A stretch of DNA of 64,000 nucleotides from the human T2T-CHM13v2.0 reference genome, Homo sapiens: NCBI RefSeq assembly GCF_009914755.1, contig NC_060942.1; one strand, 5' to 3'. Every line of letters begins with the position of its first letter. The first letter of the stretch is position 1. The notes under the pieces were generated by a model that worked only from the letters and a program-made list of their open reading frames with translations, was not told the origin of the DNA and searched no databases. Positions 42,751 to 56,989 of the stretch are shown here, one piece after another. Made by a program: the position numbers and the translations under genes.

Positions 42751-43741
42751 CATAACTCAGTATTAAAGAATATGTCTTATATTTTTTCCAATATTTACTG
42801 GCATAAATATAATGATGAGTCTCATGCAATATGATTATGGAGACTCATAATTATTAAAATAAGGTGATCTGTGAGACAATTTGTGTTTAAATTTATACTT
42901 AAAAAAAAGGTAATTAATAAGATTTAATCCAGAAGTAACCAAATTGCCAGGCAATTGTATCTGTTTGTAAACATAACTGCTGGAATATATATGAATATAG
43001 TTAGTTATTGTGTATCACCCAAAACAGCTTCTGCAAGAGAAAAAGAGTGGGTGGAAGATGTGGTAGAAAACACTCATTTTTAAGATTAAGTGTGAAATGT
43101 GTTGGAAATCACCATGGAGATGGTGTAAACAGCCAAATTACCCCAAATCCAGCAAAAGTTTGAAATTAGAATTCCTCTGGATTTTATAAAGCAAGATACT
43201 CTTAGTGCCTCAAAGCCCCAATAACAAATAGTGTTTTCAGGGATAATTCTCCCTTCCCAAATGTTGAAATTAAAATGCCATGTAATATATCAAATTACTA
43301 AGTCAGTCAATGGATAAAAGTTTTAGAGGACAAATGTAAAGTCCCACCTTTTACAGTTTTAAGAAAATGTTTTATATCTAATTATCCTGGCAGTAAAAAA
43401 ATGGAAGAAAGAGATTTCTTTCAAGTAAACTGGCCACCACTTCCGTCCAGGCTTCTTTGTGTCTTCCCTAATAACTTTGAGAGATTATAGACTGTTATTG
43501 GGCATGTATTGTCTAAGGAGGCATGCTGCTAACCTTTCTTATAGTAATAAAATCATTCCATATTATTTTATAAATAGAAAATGAGTTTGGCTGATAACAA
43601 TAGCCTTCAGCTGATTTTTGATACCCAGGAGCACCAGGCACTTAAATTGTCTTAAAATACAGCAAAATGTTTTTGGTTCCAGTAAACATTGTATCTCCAC
43701 AAACCATTTTAAGTAAAACCCATGAAGCCAAGAGTTAATGT

Positions 43742-44218
43742 TGTTAGAAACAAATGCTCGGTGCCACAAAGAAAATGAGCACTTAAACAAGATTTTCCCA
43801 GCAAGGCAAATTTTACTTCTGCAGAAGGGTGCTGCTTGTGCCAGGCATGGTCTCAAGAGCACACCGAACAAAGGAGAGAAGGGGTTTTTATCCCTAATGC
43901 AATTCTTGCTTCTGTGTCCTTCACCTGTTGGCTGGGGTTGAACTGCACAATCTAAAGAATCCCGACTGGCTAAAGCTTAAACTTCCCTAAATAAGGTAAT
44001 AACACAAGAGTGTTGATGGCTGAAGCAGAAGAGGGAAGAAGTAAGGGTGATAAGGCTGCCGACAAGGCAGGTTTGGGCGTGTCTGAGCACCGCGAGGGTG
44101 GGAAGGGTAGTTTACAAGATGAATAAGGACTTTTTCCAAATAAGGAAGTTGATCTTGGGAACAAAGAACAGGGAAGCTAACAGTTAAACCTTTGAAGAGG
44201 AACATATTGTATCTGACA
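43742..44218 (-). mobile_element. LTR10-family (HERV-I, ERV1) solo LTR
   Basis: TG...CA ends; - strand starts 'tgtcagatacaatatgttcctcttcaaaggtttaac' and ends 'ggcaccgagcatttgtttctaaca'; perfect 4-bp TSD ATGT (43738-43741 / 44219-44222). Confidence 0.85.
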
Positions 44219-44850
44219 ATGTAGAGAAATAATGTTATTTAAAAATCCAGAAGGAAAGAAATAGGATATGCCTCAGACAGAAAGTAAATGTTCAGTTTCT
44301 TCCTGCATTAACCAAAACATAGATTCCAAAATATTATACAAGTAGAAGCCGACACTAGAACACTAGAACCCAACACTAAAGTGTGCACATCCTGACAATC
44401 AGTCCATTTCTAGTTCTTCAGCTGCCACTCTCCTGGTTGTCTGCATGCACTCAGTGTAAACCCCCATTCACATGACTTTTAACTTTTAAGTCAGAAATCC
44501 TCCTCCATTTGGCACACACGTGGTGGGAGGTTCCAAATGAAAAGTCTAGGACTATTCCTCTTGAAGTTCTTAACTTAGCTCTCTTTTCTGTAACTGTAAT
44601 CCTGACACCCAAGGTAACACTGCCCCTTACACAGAGATTTTGGAGACTCGAGTCCTGTTGGCCACATCACCAGCATCACCTTCCTTCTCTATAGCCTATG
44701 TCACTTACCCAACAACATGTTACTGGAGCACTAAAATGGGCATGGGCAAGGATAGGAGCTGCCAGATAGGTGAGAATAAGGGATGTAGAGATAATCTTTA
44801 AATACATTTTCTATCTAGTGGCACAAGATGTTTATGAGGTGGACGTTTTA

Positions 44851-45035
44851 ACACACACTGGAACCTATCAGAGGGTGAAGGGTGGGAGGAGGGAGGGGAT
44901 CAGGAAAAATAATGGGTACTAGGCTTAATAGCTGGGTGACAAAATAATCTGTACAACAAACCCCCATGACAGAAGTTTACCCATATAACAAACCTGCACA
45001 TGTACCCCTGAACTTAAAAGTTAATTTAAAAAATC
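44851..45035 (+). mobile_element. L1PA (about PA14-16) extreme 3' end
   Basis: 'caaaataatctgtacaacaaacccccatgac...cacatgtacccctgaacttaaaa'; degenerate TSD 'aggt(g/a)ga(c/t)gtttta'. Confidence 0.9.
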
Positions 45036-46239
45036 AAGGTAGATGTTTTATTCCTTTCAATAAATAGCTTTAAAAAAAGTAAGCATAGGAACCAGACCAG
45101 GAAACACAGATCCAACTCTTTAATGGCTTCCAAATTTTCTGAGAAGGTGAGAGGGCTCTGAGATGCTGTTTATTTTTGGAACAAAACAGGAACCAATTTG
45201 TAAGTAGGCAATAGCCTACCTGGTACAATTTACCTTCCCTAAAATATCACCATTGGGGTTGTTTCATGGTTCTTAACCCATTCTTTGGATATAAACGACC
45301 CCTTCTATCTTAGGAAAACCTTCTTAAAGTACAAAAAACTTGAAAGCAGATATTGTTCTGCACAAATAGCAGGAACATTTCACTTGTTTTAACACCCAAA
45401 TAGCAGTAATCCAAATCTGCATTGTTTGATCTCTGGAACTCTAATATCTCTGGAAATCCTGGAATGTATATTCTACAGATACGTACTGTTTCTTGTCATC
45501 TCAGCAACCTTCAACTGCCCCTAAGCAGGTCACCTCTCAGCCTCTTTCCTATTCTCCCAGTATAGAAACAAACATAAGACCCTCCCCCAAAGCACAGTTA
45601 ATTAGAACTAACTTTAATGTTTAGCACAATGTGACTAAAACCTGTGGATAACAAAGCAGAAATAAAAACTTGATCTGCACATTAAACTGAATACTAGATA
45701 TGACTGCCCTGGGCCATCCCAACCCCCCAAATCCCCTTACCAGTTCTCATCCCTCAGCCACTGAGCTCGAGGGACCAACGAGGCAGCTCACGGTGGGAGT
45801 GACATTCCACCCACGCTTCACAGTCAGGCTACTCACAGTGTGTGTAGGGCTTCCTTTCTAGGGGAGGGTGGTTATTTCTCCCATAGCTACAATAAGTACC
45901 CTGTACAGTTAAAATATAGAATAGAAAAAGGGACAATGCTACAAAGAAAGCTGGCTATTAAACTATGTTATCACGTAGAGCAGTTGAGCTCCTCAAATGC
46001 CAAAATCTCCATTCCAGAATAGGACCCTGACTTTTCCATGTATAGAACCAAAAAGTAATTAGAGACTTTACCTAAACAAAGGAACAATATAGTTGTTTCT
46101 AAAACAAAAACAGAAACACTACTGGCGATTTTAGCATAGCAGTCCCTTTCCACACACTTCTACTCCAGGGTATAAAAACTGTCAAAAAAAATAGTGGACC
46201 TTTTTCCTAGCTTGAGCTTCCTGCAATGAAAGGATTAGC

Positions 46240-46350
46240 CAGTTTAATCCTAACAAGAAGCCTATGAAGTGGGCATTATTTCCCCATTTTACAGAAGAGG
46301 AGACTGGTCGGAGGAGGTCCAGTAATTTTACCCACCATCACCCAGGCCCG
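46240..46350 (-). mobile_element. MIR SINE fragment
   Basis: 'tttaatcctaacaagaagcctatgaagtgggcattatttccccattttacagaagaggagactg'. Confidence 0.75.
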
Positions 46351-47294
46351 TCTGACTCTAGCACCTTGATAGACAGCTAATAGGAATGTGGCGGTGGTAA
46401 TGACACGAGAAATGAGGCTTAGCTAGAAGGAAAAGAAGGGACCCAGACAAGGGCCACAGGAAGACACCAAAGGAACAGCCTGCTTATGGCAGGGCCTGCA
46501 CACTCCATCTTCATACCTGCATCTGGGAGAGATGGCATAACTCATGCCACCAGCATCCTCGACTTCCTGGCTTGAGTTAGTGCTGACATGCTAATTAGTT
46601 CAAGTTGCCTCTTGAGTCAACTTGGCATTTAAGATTTATTCATCCTTCATAACACACTCATTTTCTAAAATCTCTTTTAAAAAATTTTATTGGTTCACGT
46701 TGAAGAAGTCTGAAGTCAAAGCTCTAAAGTCATTTACCCTGCTATATGAAGGCAGCCAATACTATTATCATTTTAGAGCCCAGTTTATGTCTTCCGTCAT
46801 TGCTATTGGCATACACTGATTAGAGAGTCTCCAGAGACAGGCCACCAGAATGTAATTTAATCACATGCATTTCAAGCATTTGTAGTGCAGCAGCAACTGC
46901 ACTCATCCACAACTACGACTGTGAACCTCTCAACAGAGTTAACTAACAATATCTCAAAGAAAGACGTGGGACCTAAAATTCAAGTCATAATTTTATCATA
47001 AAGAGAGACAAATGAGAAAAACACAATAATTGCCCTTGTATGGAAAACTCCTCTTACAAATGATTCTATTTAACAAATCCAAATTTCTGATGATGTATAC
47101 AATACCAATCACAAGCCTATTCAATATACCTAAAATAATATTTTGATACTGGTTTTGACTTTATAATGAGGCTGTTAAAAAACTCCAAAAGTTCTGGAGC
47201 ACTATGGTTGAATAAACCTAACACTACTGAATTATACACTTTAAAGATAGTTAATGTGGTAAATTTTATGTTATGTGTTTTTCACAACATATAA

Positions 47295-47892
<598 letters not shown>

Positions 47893-48644
47893 TAAAAAAT
47901 GTTTAAGTTAAAAAAAGTAAATTGAAAAAACTCTAAACTCTAAAATTAAAGTTAATTGAAATTAAATTAAAGTAATATTCCATGGATTGAATAATAATAA
48001 TCATAACAAATGATGATAATGATAATTTTAAAAGATTGATTCGAGGATGTTACAAGTTGCTATGTTGGCTAATGTATAAGTATTATCATTAAATTAGGCT
48101 ATAGGCAGTTTTGTTTAAAAGGTGGGGATAAAAATAACATTTAACAAATATTTCCATTAAATTTATTTAAAAAGTATAATTATTTAAAAGTATATGCTTC
48201 TTGTGCTTAAAATTTGCATGCTAGAAAAGCTTTTTCTCTGGAGACATTGAATAATGAATTTATATTATGCTAGGGTCTCAGTGAGGAGGAGCTCATTGAA
48301 GATAAATGCAAAGTATACAGAGCTCTGAGGGAGCAATAATGATTTTTGTAAAATTTTGCAAACAACATATGAATGTTTTAAATCCTAAATATTTAGGATC
48401 TTAAATACTAAATATTTAATTAGGATTTATTAGTTGTGAGATCATATGATCAATGAGATTTAACCAATGACTACAGGGGTCACAATAGCTTATACTACTT
48501 GCACAGTTAGCAAATTCTCCTATTTTCTAAATTAATTATTTAAAAGATTATATAATGGTAGAGACAGCATTTTTATAAGCTGTAAACAAATGGACAAACA
48601 TAATTTAGTCTTCTGAAGATTAAAATTCCAAGGACTATTTTGAA

Positions 48645-49295
48645 GGAGAAATAGGAACACTTTTACACTGTTGGTGGGACTGTAAACTAGTTCAACCATT
48701 GTGGAAGTCAGTGTGGCGATTCCTCAGGGATCTAGAACTAGAAATACCATTTGACCCAGCCATCCCATTACTGGGTATATACCCAAAGGATTATAAATCA
48801 TGCTGTTATAAAGACACATGCACACGTATGTTTATTGGGGCACTATTCACAATAGCAAAGACTTGGAACCAACCCAAATGTCCAACAATGATAGACTGGA
48901 TTAAGAAAATGTGGCACATATACACCATGGAATATTATGCAGCCATATAAAAGGATGAGTTCATGTCCTTTGTAGGGACATGGATGAAGCTGGAAACCAT
49001 CATTCTCAGCAAACTATTGCAAGGACAAAAAACCAAACACCGCATATTCTCACTCATAGGTGGGAATTGAACAATGAGAACACATGGACACAGGAAGGGG
49101 AACATCACACTCTGGGGACTGTTGTGGGGTAGGGGGAGGGGGGAGGGATAACATTAGGAGATATACCTAATGCTAAATGATGAGGTAATGGGTGCAGCAC
49201 ACCAACATGGCACATGTATACATATGTAACAAACCTACACGTTGTGCACATGTACCCTAAAACTTAAAGTATAATAATAATAAAATTAAAAAAAA
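48645..49295 (+). mobile_element. Young L1PA (about PA2-3) 3' ~650 bp
   Basis: ORF2 C-terminus [24 protein letters not shown]...IDWIKKMWHIYTMEYYAAI; 3'UTR ends 'gtaccctaaaacttaaagtataataataataaaa'. Confidence 0.96.
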
Positions 49296-50004
49296 GATTA
49301 AAACCCCCTTGTGCCATAATAATCTAATTAGTTACAAAGTTTGCTACAGGGCTCTTCCTTAGCTGAGGTCTCATGATTACTCAGTCAACTCCACACAGTA
49401 ATAGAGTAATATTCATATTCTAAACAAATTCTTATGTGGTTTGTTTTGTTTTTAATAACTGTGGATTAATACCTGAGAAAACTTCTTCAGCCCAAGTGCA
49501 GCCCAAACACAAAGAAAGAAGGCAAGCAGGAAAGATGACATAGATTCATCAAAGATGACATTCATAAAAGGAAACTGAATGAGTTCAAGATTCATAAAAT
49601 TTTAATATGTTAAATAATTATTGAATCTACCAAGTAAAAAGATATATAATTTGATTCTGTATTCTAAAACTGGATTAACTAATTCATTTAACACTTATCC
49701 CTAGTCAAGAATATTTAGACCTGCACCTAAAATTAATCTGCCTTTGATGTAGCTGCAGTTCATTCTGTGTTTCCTCTGACAGGGAATTGACGTGAAAAGA
49801 ATGGAAACATAAAAAGGAAAACGGAGACCTTTCATGAACAAAGTAGAATTCCTTGGAAATGTGGTGCAGGTTGACATTATGTGGTGAGAAATTAATACAT
49901 TTCTCAAAGATTCTTGGCCTAATCGTTCCGTGAAAGCATGTGCTAGTACATTGGTACTTGGCTGAGGGAAATGTAGAAAATACAGACATCTAAATACCTT
50001 AACA

Positions 50005-50343
50005 CAGCAGTCCCCAACCTTTTTGGCACCAGGGACAAGTTTCATGGAGTTTTTCCATGGAGGAATGGGGATCAGGGAGGGAGGGTGGGTGGGTTTGGGA
50101 TGAAGCCATTCCAACTAAGATCATTAGGCATTAGATTCTCATAAGGAGCTGTGCAATCTAGATCCCTCGCATGCGTAGTTCACAATAGGGTTTACTCTCC
50201 TGCTGCTGAGCTGACAGGAGGCAGAGCTCAGGTGATAATGCTTGCTAGCCGAGGCTCACCTCCTGCTGTAAATCACCTGTTAGCTGATTCCTAACAGGCC
50301 ATGGTCCAGTACCCATCCTCGGCCCAGGGATTGGGGATCCCTG
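50005..50343. mobile_element. MER1B (hAT-Charlie) DNA transposon
   Basis: TIRs 'cagcagtccccaacc' / 'gattggggatccctg', 339 bp, perfect 8-bp TSD CCTTAACA (49997-50004 / 50344-50351). Confidence 0.95.
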
Positions 50344-50371
50344 CCTTAACATGTAATCCTATCTCTGTCTC

Positions 50372-50677
50372 TTTCTTTTTTTTTTTTTTTTTTGCTTGAC
50401 AGAGAGTCTCACTCTGTCACCCAGGCTGAGTGCAGTGGTGTGATCATGGCTCACTACAGCCTCTGTCTCCTAGGCTCAGGCAATCCTGCCTCAGCCTCCT
50501 GAGTACTGGAACTACAGGTCCCACCATGCCTGGCTAATTTTTGATTTTTTTTTTTTTTTGGTAAAGACAGGTCTCACTATGTTGTTCAGCTGATCCTGAA
50601 CTCCTGGACACAAGTGACCCTCCTGCCTTGGCCTCCCAAAGTGCTGAGATTACAGGCATGAGCCACTATGCCTGGCC
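50372..50677 (-). mobile_element. AluJ
   Basis: Dimeric, with J diagnostics 'gatcatggctcactacagcctc' and 'gtctcactatgttg'. Confidence 0.92.
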
Positions 50678-50809
50678 ATCCTCTTTTTTTATTTGAACTA
50701 AATATACACTCTCTACAGAAAAAGTCAAAAATACAAATAAGGAAAATATTTAAATAACTAACTAAAAAGAATCACACTATCCCAAACCAACCAGTATTAA
50801 CATTAGCAT

Positions 50810-53260
<2,451 letters not shown>

Positions 53261-54374
53261 TCATCATACTTTATGTGTGCTATGTATGTTATGCTGTGTT
53301 TCTCTCTTTGGTGTGTTTATTATTATTTTTTAAATTTTCTGGTAGTAGGAAGGTTTGTATTTTTATTCTGTTGGCTATCTTTATGTGTATACCTTTTGTT
53401 ATGCTCTTAAGCCCCTTCTTTTCTTACTTAACATTTTACTATCTGGGAAGCCAATTTAAATGGTATCCTTTGACTCCCACCTGCTACCTACACAGCAGTC
53501 AAGAGTGGTCTATTTTCCCCTTTCTCTCTGCATTTACTTCCTAGTCTTTTAGTTGCATTTTTTCTACTTCATCAGAACATATAATATCTACACATTATTT
53601 TTCCAAACGTGCCCTCACTTTTTGTTTTAATCTTAGCTCTACAATTAAATATAGTAAATGCTCACTAGTTTTCATTTTGTTGATGTTTCCGCAGTTATCT
53701 CTAGGCTGGAGGATACATTCATTACCTTCCTCCAGAGGGGCGCATGTGGACAATATTGTCTTAATTTCCCCCTCTTCTTTCCTTCTTCCCCCTTCTGCCA
53801 TACTTTATGTACTTATCTAATTTCCCCACATGCAATGTTTCTCTAAGTCTGTCACCTTTGGTCACTTCCAAGCTCCTTCCCTATAGTTGGTGTTGTGAAT
53901 TACTAAGTCCCAGATCTCTGTTGAGTTTTTCATCCTTAGTGTTGGACTTTCTCATTGTAAGGGTGATTTTGTTTATGCCTTATCCGTGTCTTCTGTCTCT
54001 CTCTCCTCTTTTACTTTCAGACCCCTAGGTCTGCTTTCCTCACTTCACACATCCATGGGTTTGTAGCAATAATGCAAGCTCTGTTGGAACTTGTTCATTT
54101 CTCTAGGTACAGGAAATACAAAGTTCATGGTAGTCTCTGCCTCCTGGTTAACGCCAAAAGTGTGACCCTTGTGAGGTTTTATTTGCACCCATTGATCTTA
54201 TGTTCTGGGGAGAGGACATGAGAGGAGAGTTGGATTCAGACAGCTATCATTATCTTCCAATCTTTCTCTGTTGTTATTGAGGTAGACTGTTAGATCATTG
54301 ATTTGTAGTCTTGCTTTTTTTCTAATAATTGTCCTTGTAATCATTGCTCTGTTTCATCCACAAGGTTTGATGTT

Positions 54375-54685
54375 TGTATATTTATGTATTTATTTTTATT
54401 TTTTGAGATGGAGTCTTGCTGTTTTGCCCAGGCTGGAGTGTAGTGGCAAGCTCTCAGTTCACTGCAGCCTCTGCCTCCTGGGTGCAAGTGATTCTGCTGC
54501 CTTAGCCTCCTGAGTAGCTGGGATTACAGGCATGTGCCACCACGCCTGGCTAATTTGTGTATTTTTAGTAGAGACAGGATTTCACGATGTTGGTCAGGCT
54601 TGTCTCGAACTCCTGACCTCGGTTATCTGCCCGCTTCGGCCTTTTGAAGTGCTGGGATTACAGGCATGAGCCATGGCGCCCGACT
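54375..54685 (-). mobile_element. AluS
   Basis: Dimeric Alu; TSD approx. 'tgatgttt(g/a)t'. Confidence 0.93.
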
Positions 54686-55243
54686 GATGTTTATTTTTAT
54701 TATAATTTAGTTCAACATATTTTCTAATAACCATTATGATTTCATCCCAGATCCATGAATTATTTATAAGTGAACTATTTTTAAATTTCCAGACATATGG
54801 TGAGTTTCTAGTTATCTCTATGTGATTGGCTTCCAGCCTAATTCCACAATGACCACAGAATCTTTCTTCTGTTTTTAATCCTTTGAAATTTGTTGAGATG
54901 TTATGACCCAGCTTATGGGCAATTTTGGTAAATTTTCTATGCATACTATGGTTGTCAGTATCAGTGTTTTATAATGTCAATTTTTCTAAATTGTTTTGTT
55001 CAAATAATCTATAACTTTACTGATTTGTAAACTGTTTGTTCTATCTGGTACTGAGAGAGGCTTATTAAAATATCCCACTCTGATTACAGATTTGTTTTTC
55101 CTGTATTTCTTTGTTTTATATATCATGAGATTATGTTATTAAATACATTCAAATTTAGAATATCTGTCTCTTTCTGGTGAACTAAACCTTTTAGTTCACC
55201 ATTTTTCATTTTGTTGATGTTTCTGCAGTTATCTCTTTTGCTC

Positions 55244-55539
55244 TGGTCTCTCTATGCTTCAGACTGATAATTTCTTTATTTCTTTTAACCTGTCATTTAG
55301 TTTGGTAATTCTCTCTCCAGTGAATCTGCTGTTAATCTCATCGATTTAATTCTGAATTTCAAATAATGATTTCTATAGTTATAGAATTTCGTTTTTATCT
55401 TTACTATTTGCAGTCCTCTGCAAGAGTTCTTAAATTGTTCTCTATTTTAATAAATATATTTGTCATGATTTTTTAAAGTCTGTGTCTGGTTACATAGTTA
55501 CCTGTATAATCTGTGAACTTTTTCTTTTTCTTATTTTTA
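55244..55539 (+). repeat. Direct-orientation copy of 56680-56975
   Basis: 296-bp alignment, offset 1436, about 18 differences by eye (~94% identity). Confidence 0.97.
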
Positions 55540-56989
55540 CAGAGTTATAAATTATTAGTAGTGTTTTTCTTATTTTACAGAATTATAAGTTATTAGTAGT
55601 GTTTTTTGCCTTTAAGTACATTTGGTCTGGTATGAATATAACTAAACTAACTTTATTTGGATAATATTTGCATGCTATTCCTTTTCCGTGGTTTTACTTT
55701 CAATCTTTCTAATATGCTGATATTTTCAGTATCTCTTCTAATCAGTATATCATTAGACTTGGTTTTATTATTCTTTATGACAATATCTGTCCTTTAATTT
55801 ATATTCAATTATATTAATTACATTACATTTTAAATCTATTATCTTACTTTTTGCTTTCAATTAGTTATATCTAAATAATTATTTTCCTTTTCTTACCCTT
55901 CTTGTAGCAATTGTTACTATCCTTTATTCATTGTCTTAGAAGTTATACTAATCTTTTACCTGTGATCTTTAGGGTTATAAAATGCATCTTTGACTCATTG
56001 AAGTCTAATATATATATTGATACTTCTATCTCTTCCCAAATAATGTAGAAGCCTTAGAATTCCTTCATTTACTCTTTCTTTCTATTTATTGTGGTTTATT
56101 TTAATTCTATATATATATTTAAAGTGTTAAAAGATATAGCGTTTGGTTATATGGTCAATTTTAGCTTATATGTACCTACCTATATCAGTCTTCCAAGAAT
56201 CTTGCAGGAGTGTCTGATGTTGACAGCTTCTCTGTTTTTCTTTGTCCAAAATATATTTATGTCACCATCCATTTTTGAACTTTATTTTAATTGGGTGTAA
56301 AATTTGAACTCAGCAGTTACTTTCTCTCAGAAATTCAAGGAGTCAACTGGCTTTCATTGTTGGTTTTGAGAAAGCAGATGTCAGTTCTATTGTTGTCCTT
56401 TAGAGGTAATATGTCCTTTTCCATTTGGCTGCTTTTAACATTTTTTTCTCTTTTTCATTTTTTTGAGGTTTTATTATTATATCTATATGTGTAGCTTTCT
56501 TTTAATTTACTCTGCCAGAGTTTGTAGGGCTTCTTTATGTAATTTTCTGCTCTTGCTCATATTTAGAAAATTTCCAACCATCAATTTTTCAAATATAACC
56601 TAAATTCTTTCTGAGGTTCTATTCACTATATTTCTTATGCTGTTACAGCTTTTTTTTTTTTTTTGTATATTTCATTCTTTGGCCTCTCTGTGCTTCAGAC
56701 TGATAATTTCTTTATTTCTTTTGACCTATCATTTAGTTCGGTAATTCTCTCTCCAGTGAATCTGTTGTTAATCTCATTGATTTAATTCTGAATTTCAAAT
56801 AATGATTTTTATAGTTATAGAATTTTGCTTTTATCTTACTATTTGCAGTCCTCTGCAAGAGTTCTTAAACTGTTATATATTTTAATAAATATATTTGTCA
56901 TGATTGTTTTAAAGTCTGTGTCTGGTTACATGGTTACCTGCATAATCTCTGAACTTTTTCTTTTTCTTATTTTTATTCCCAGTTTCCTA

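Larger units (their letters stand above)
54260..56985 (-). mobile_element. Old L1M fragments (ORF2 endonuclease region toward ORF1) containing templated insertions
   Basis: ORF 54594-54944 resembles the L1 EN end (H.GIRLE.N...N...WK..N..L.NN.W...EI); 'ggtactgagagaggcttattaaaatatcccact'. Confidence 0.7.

Noticed and set aside
49701-50114. 137-aa ORF
   Set aside because: Starts inside MER1B and has no recognisable domain.
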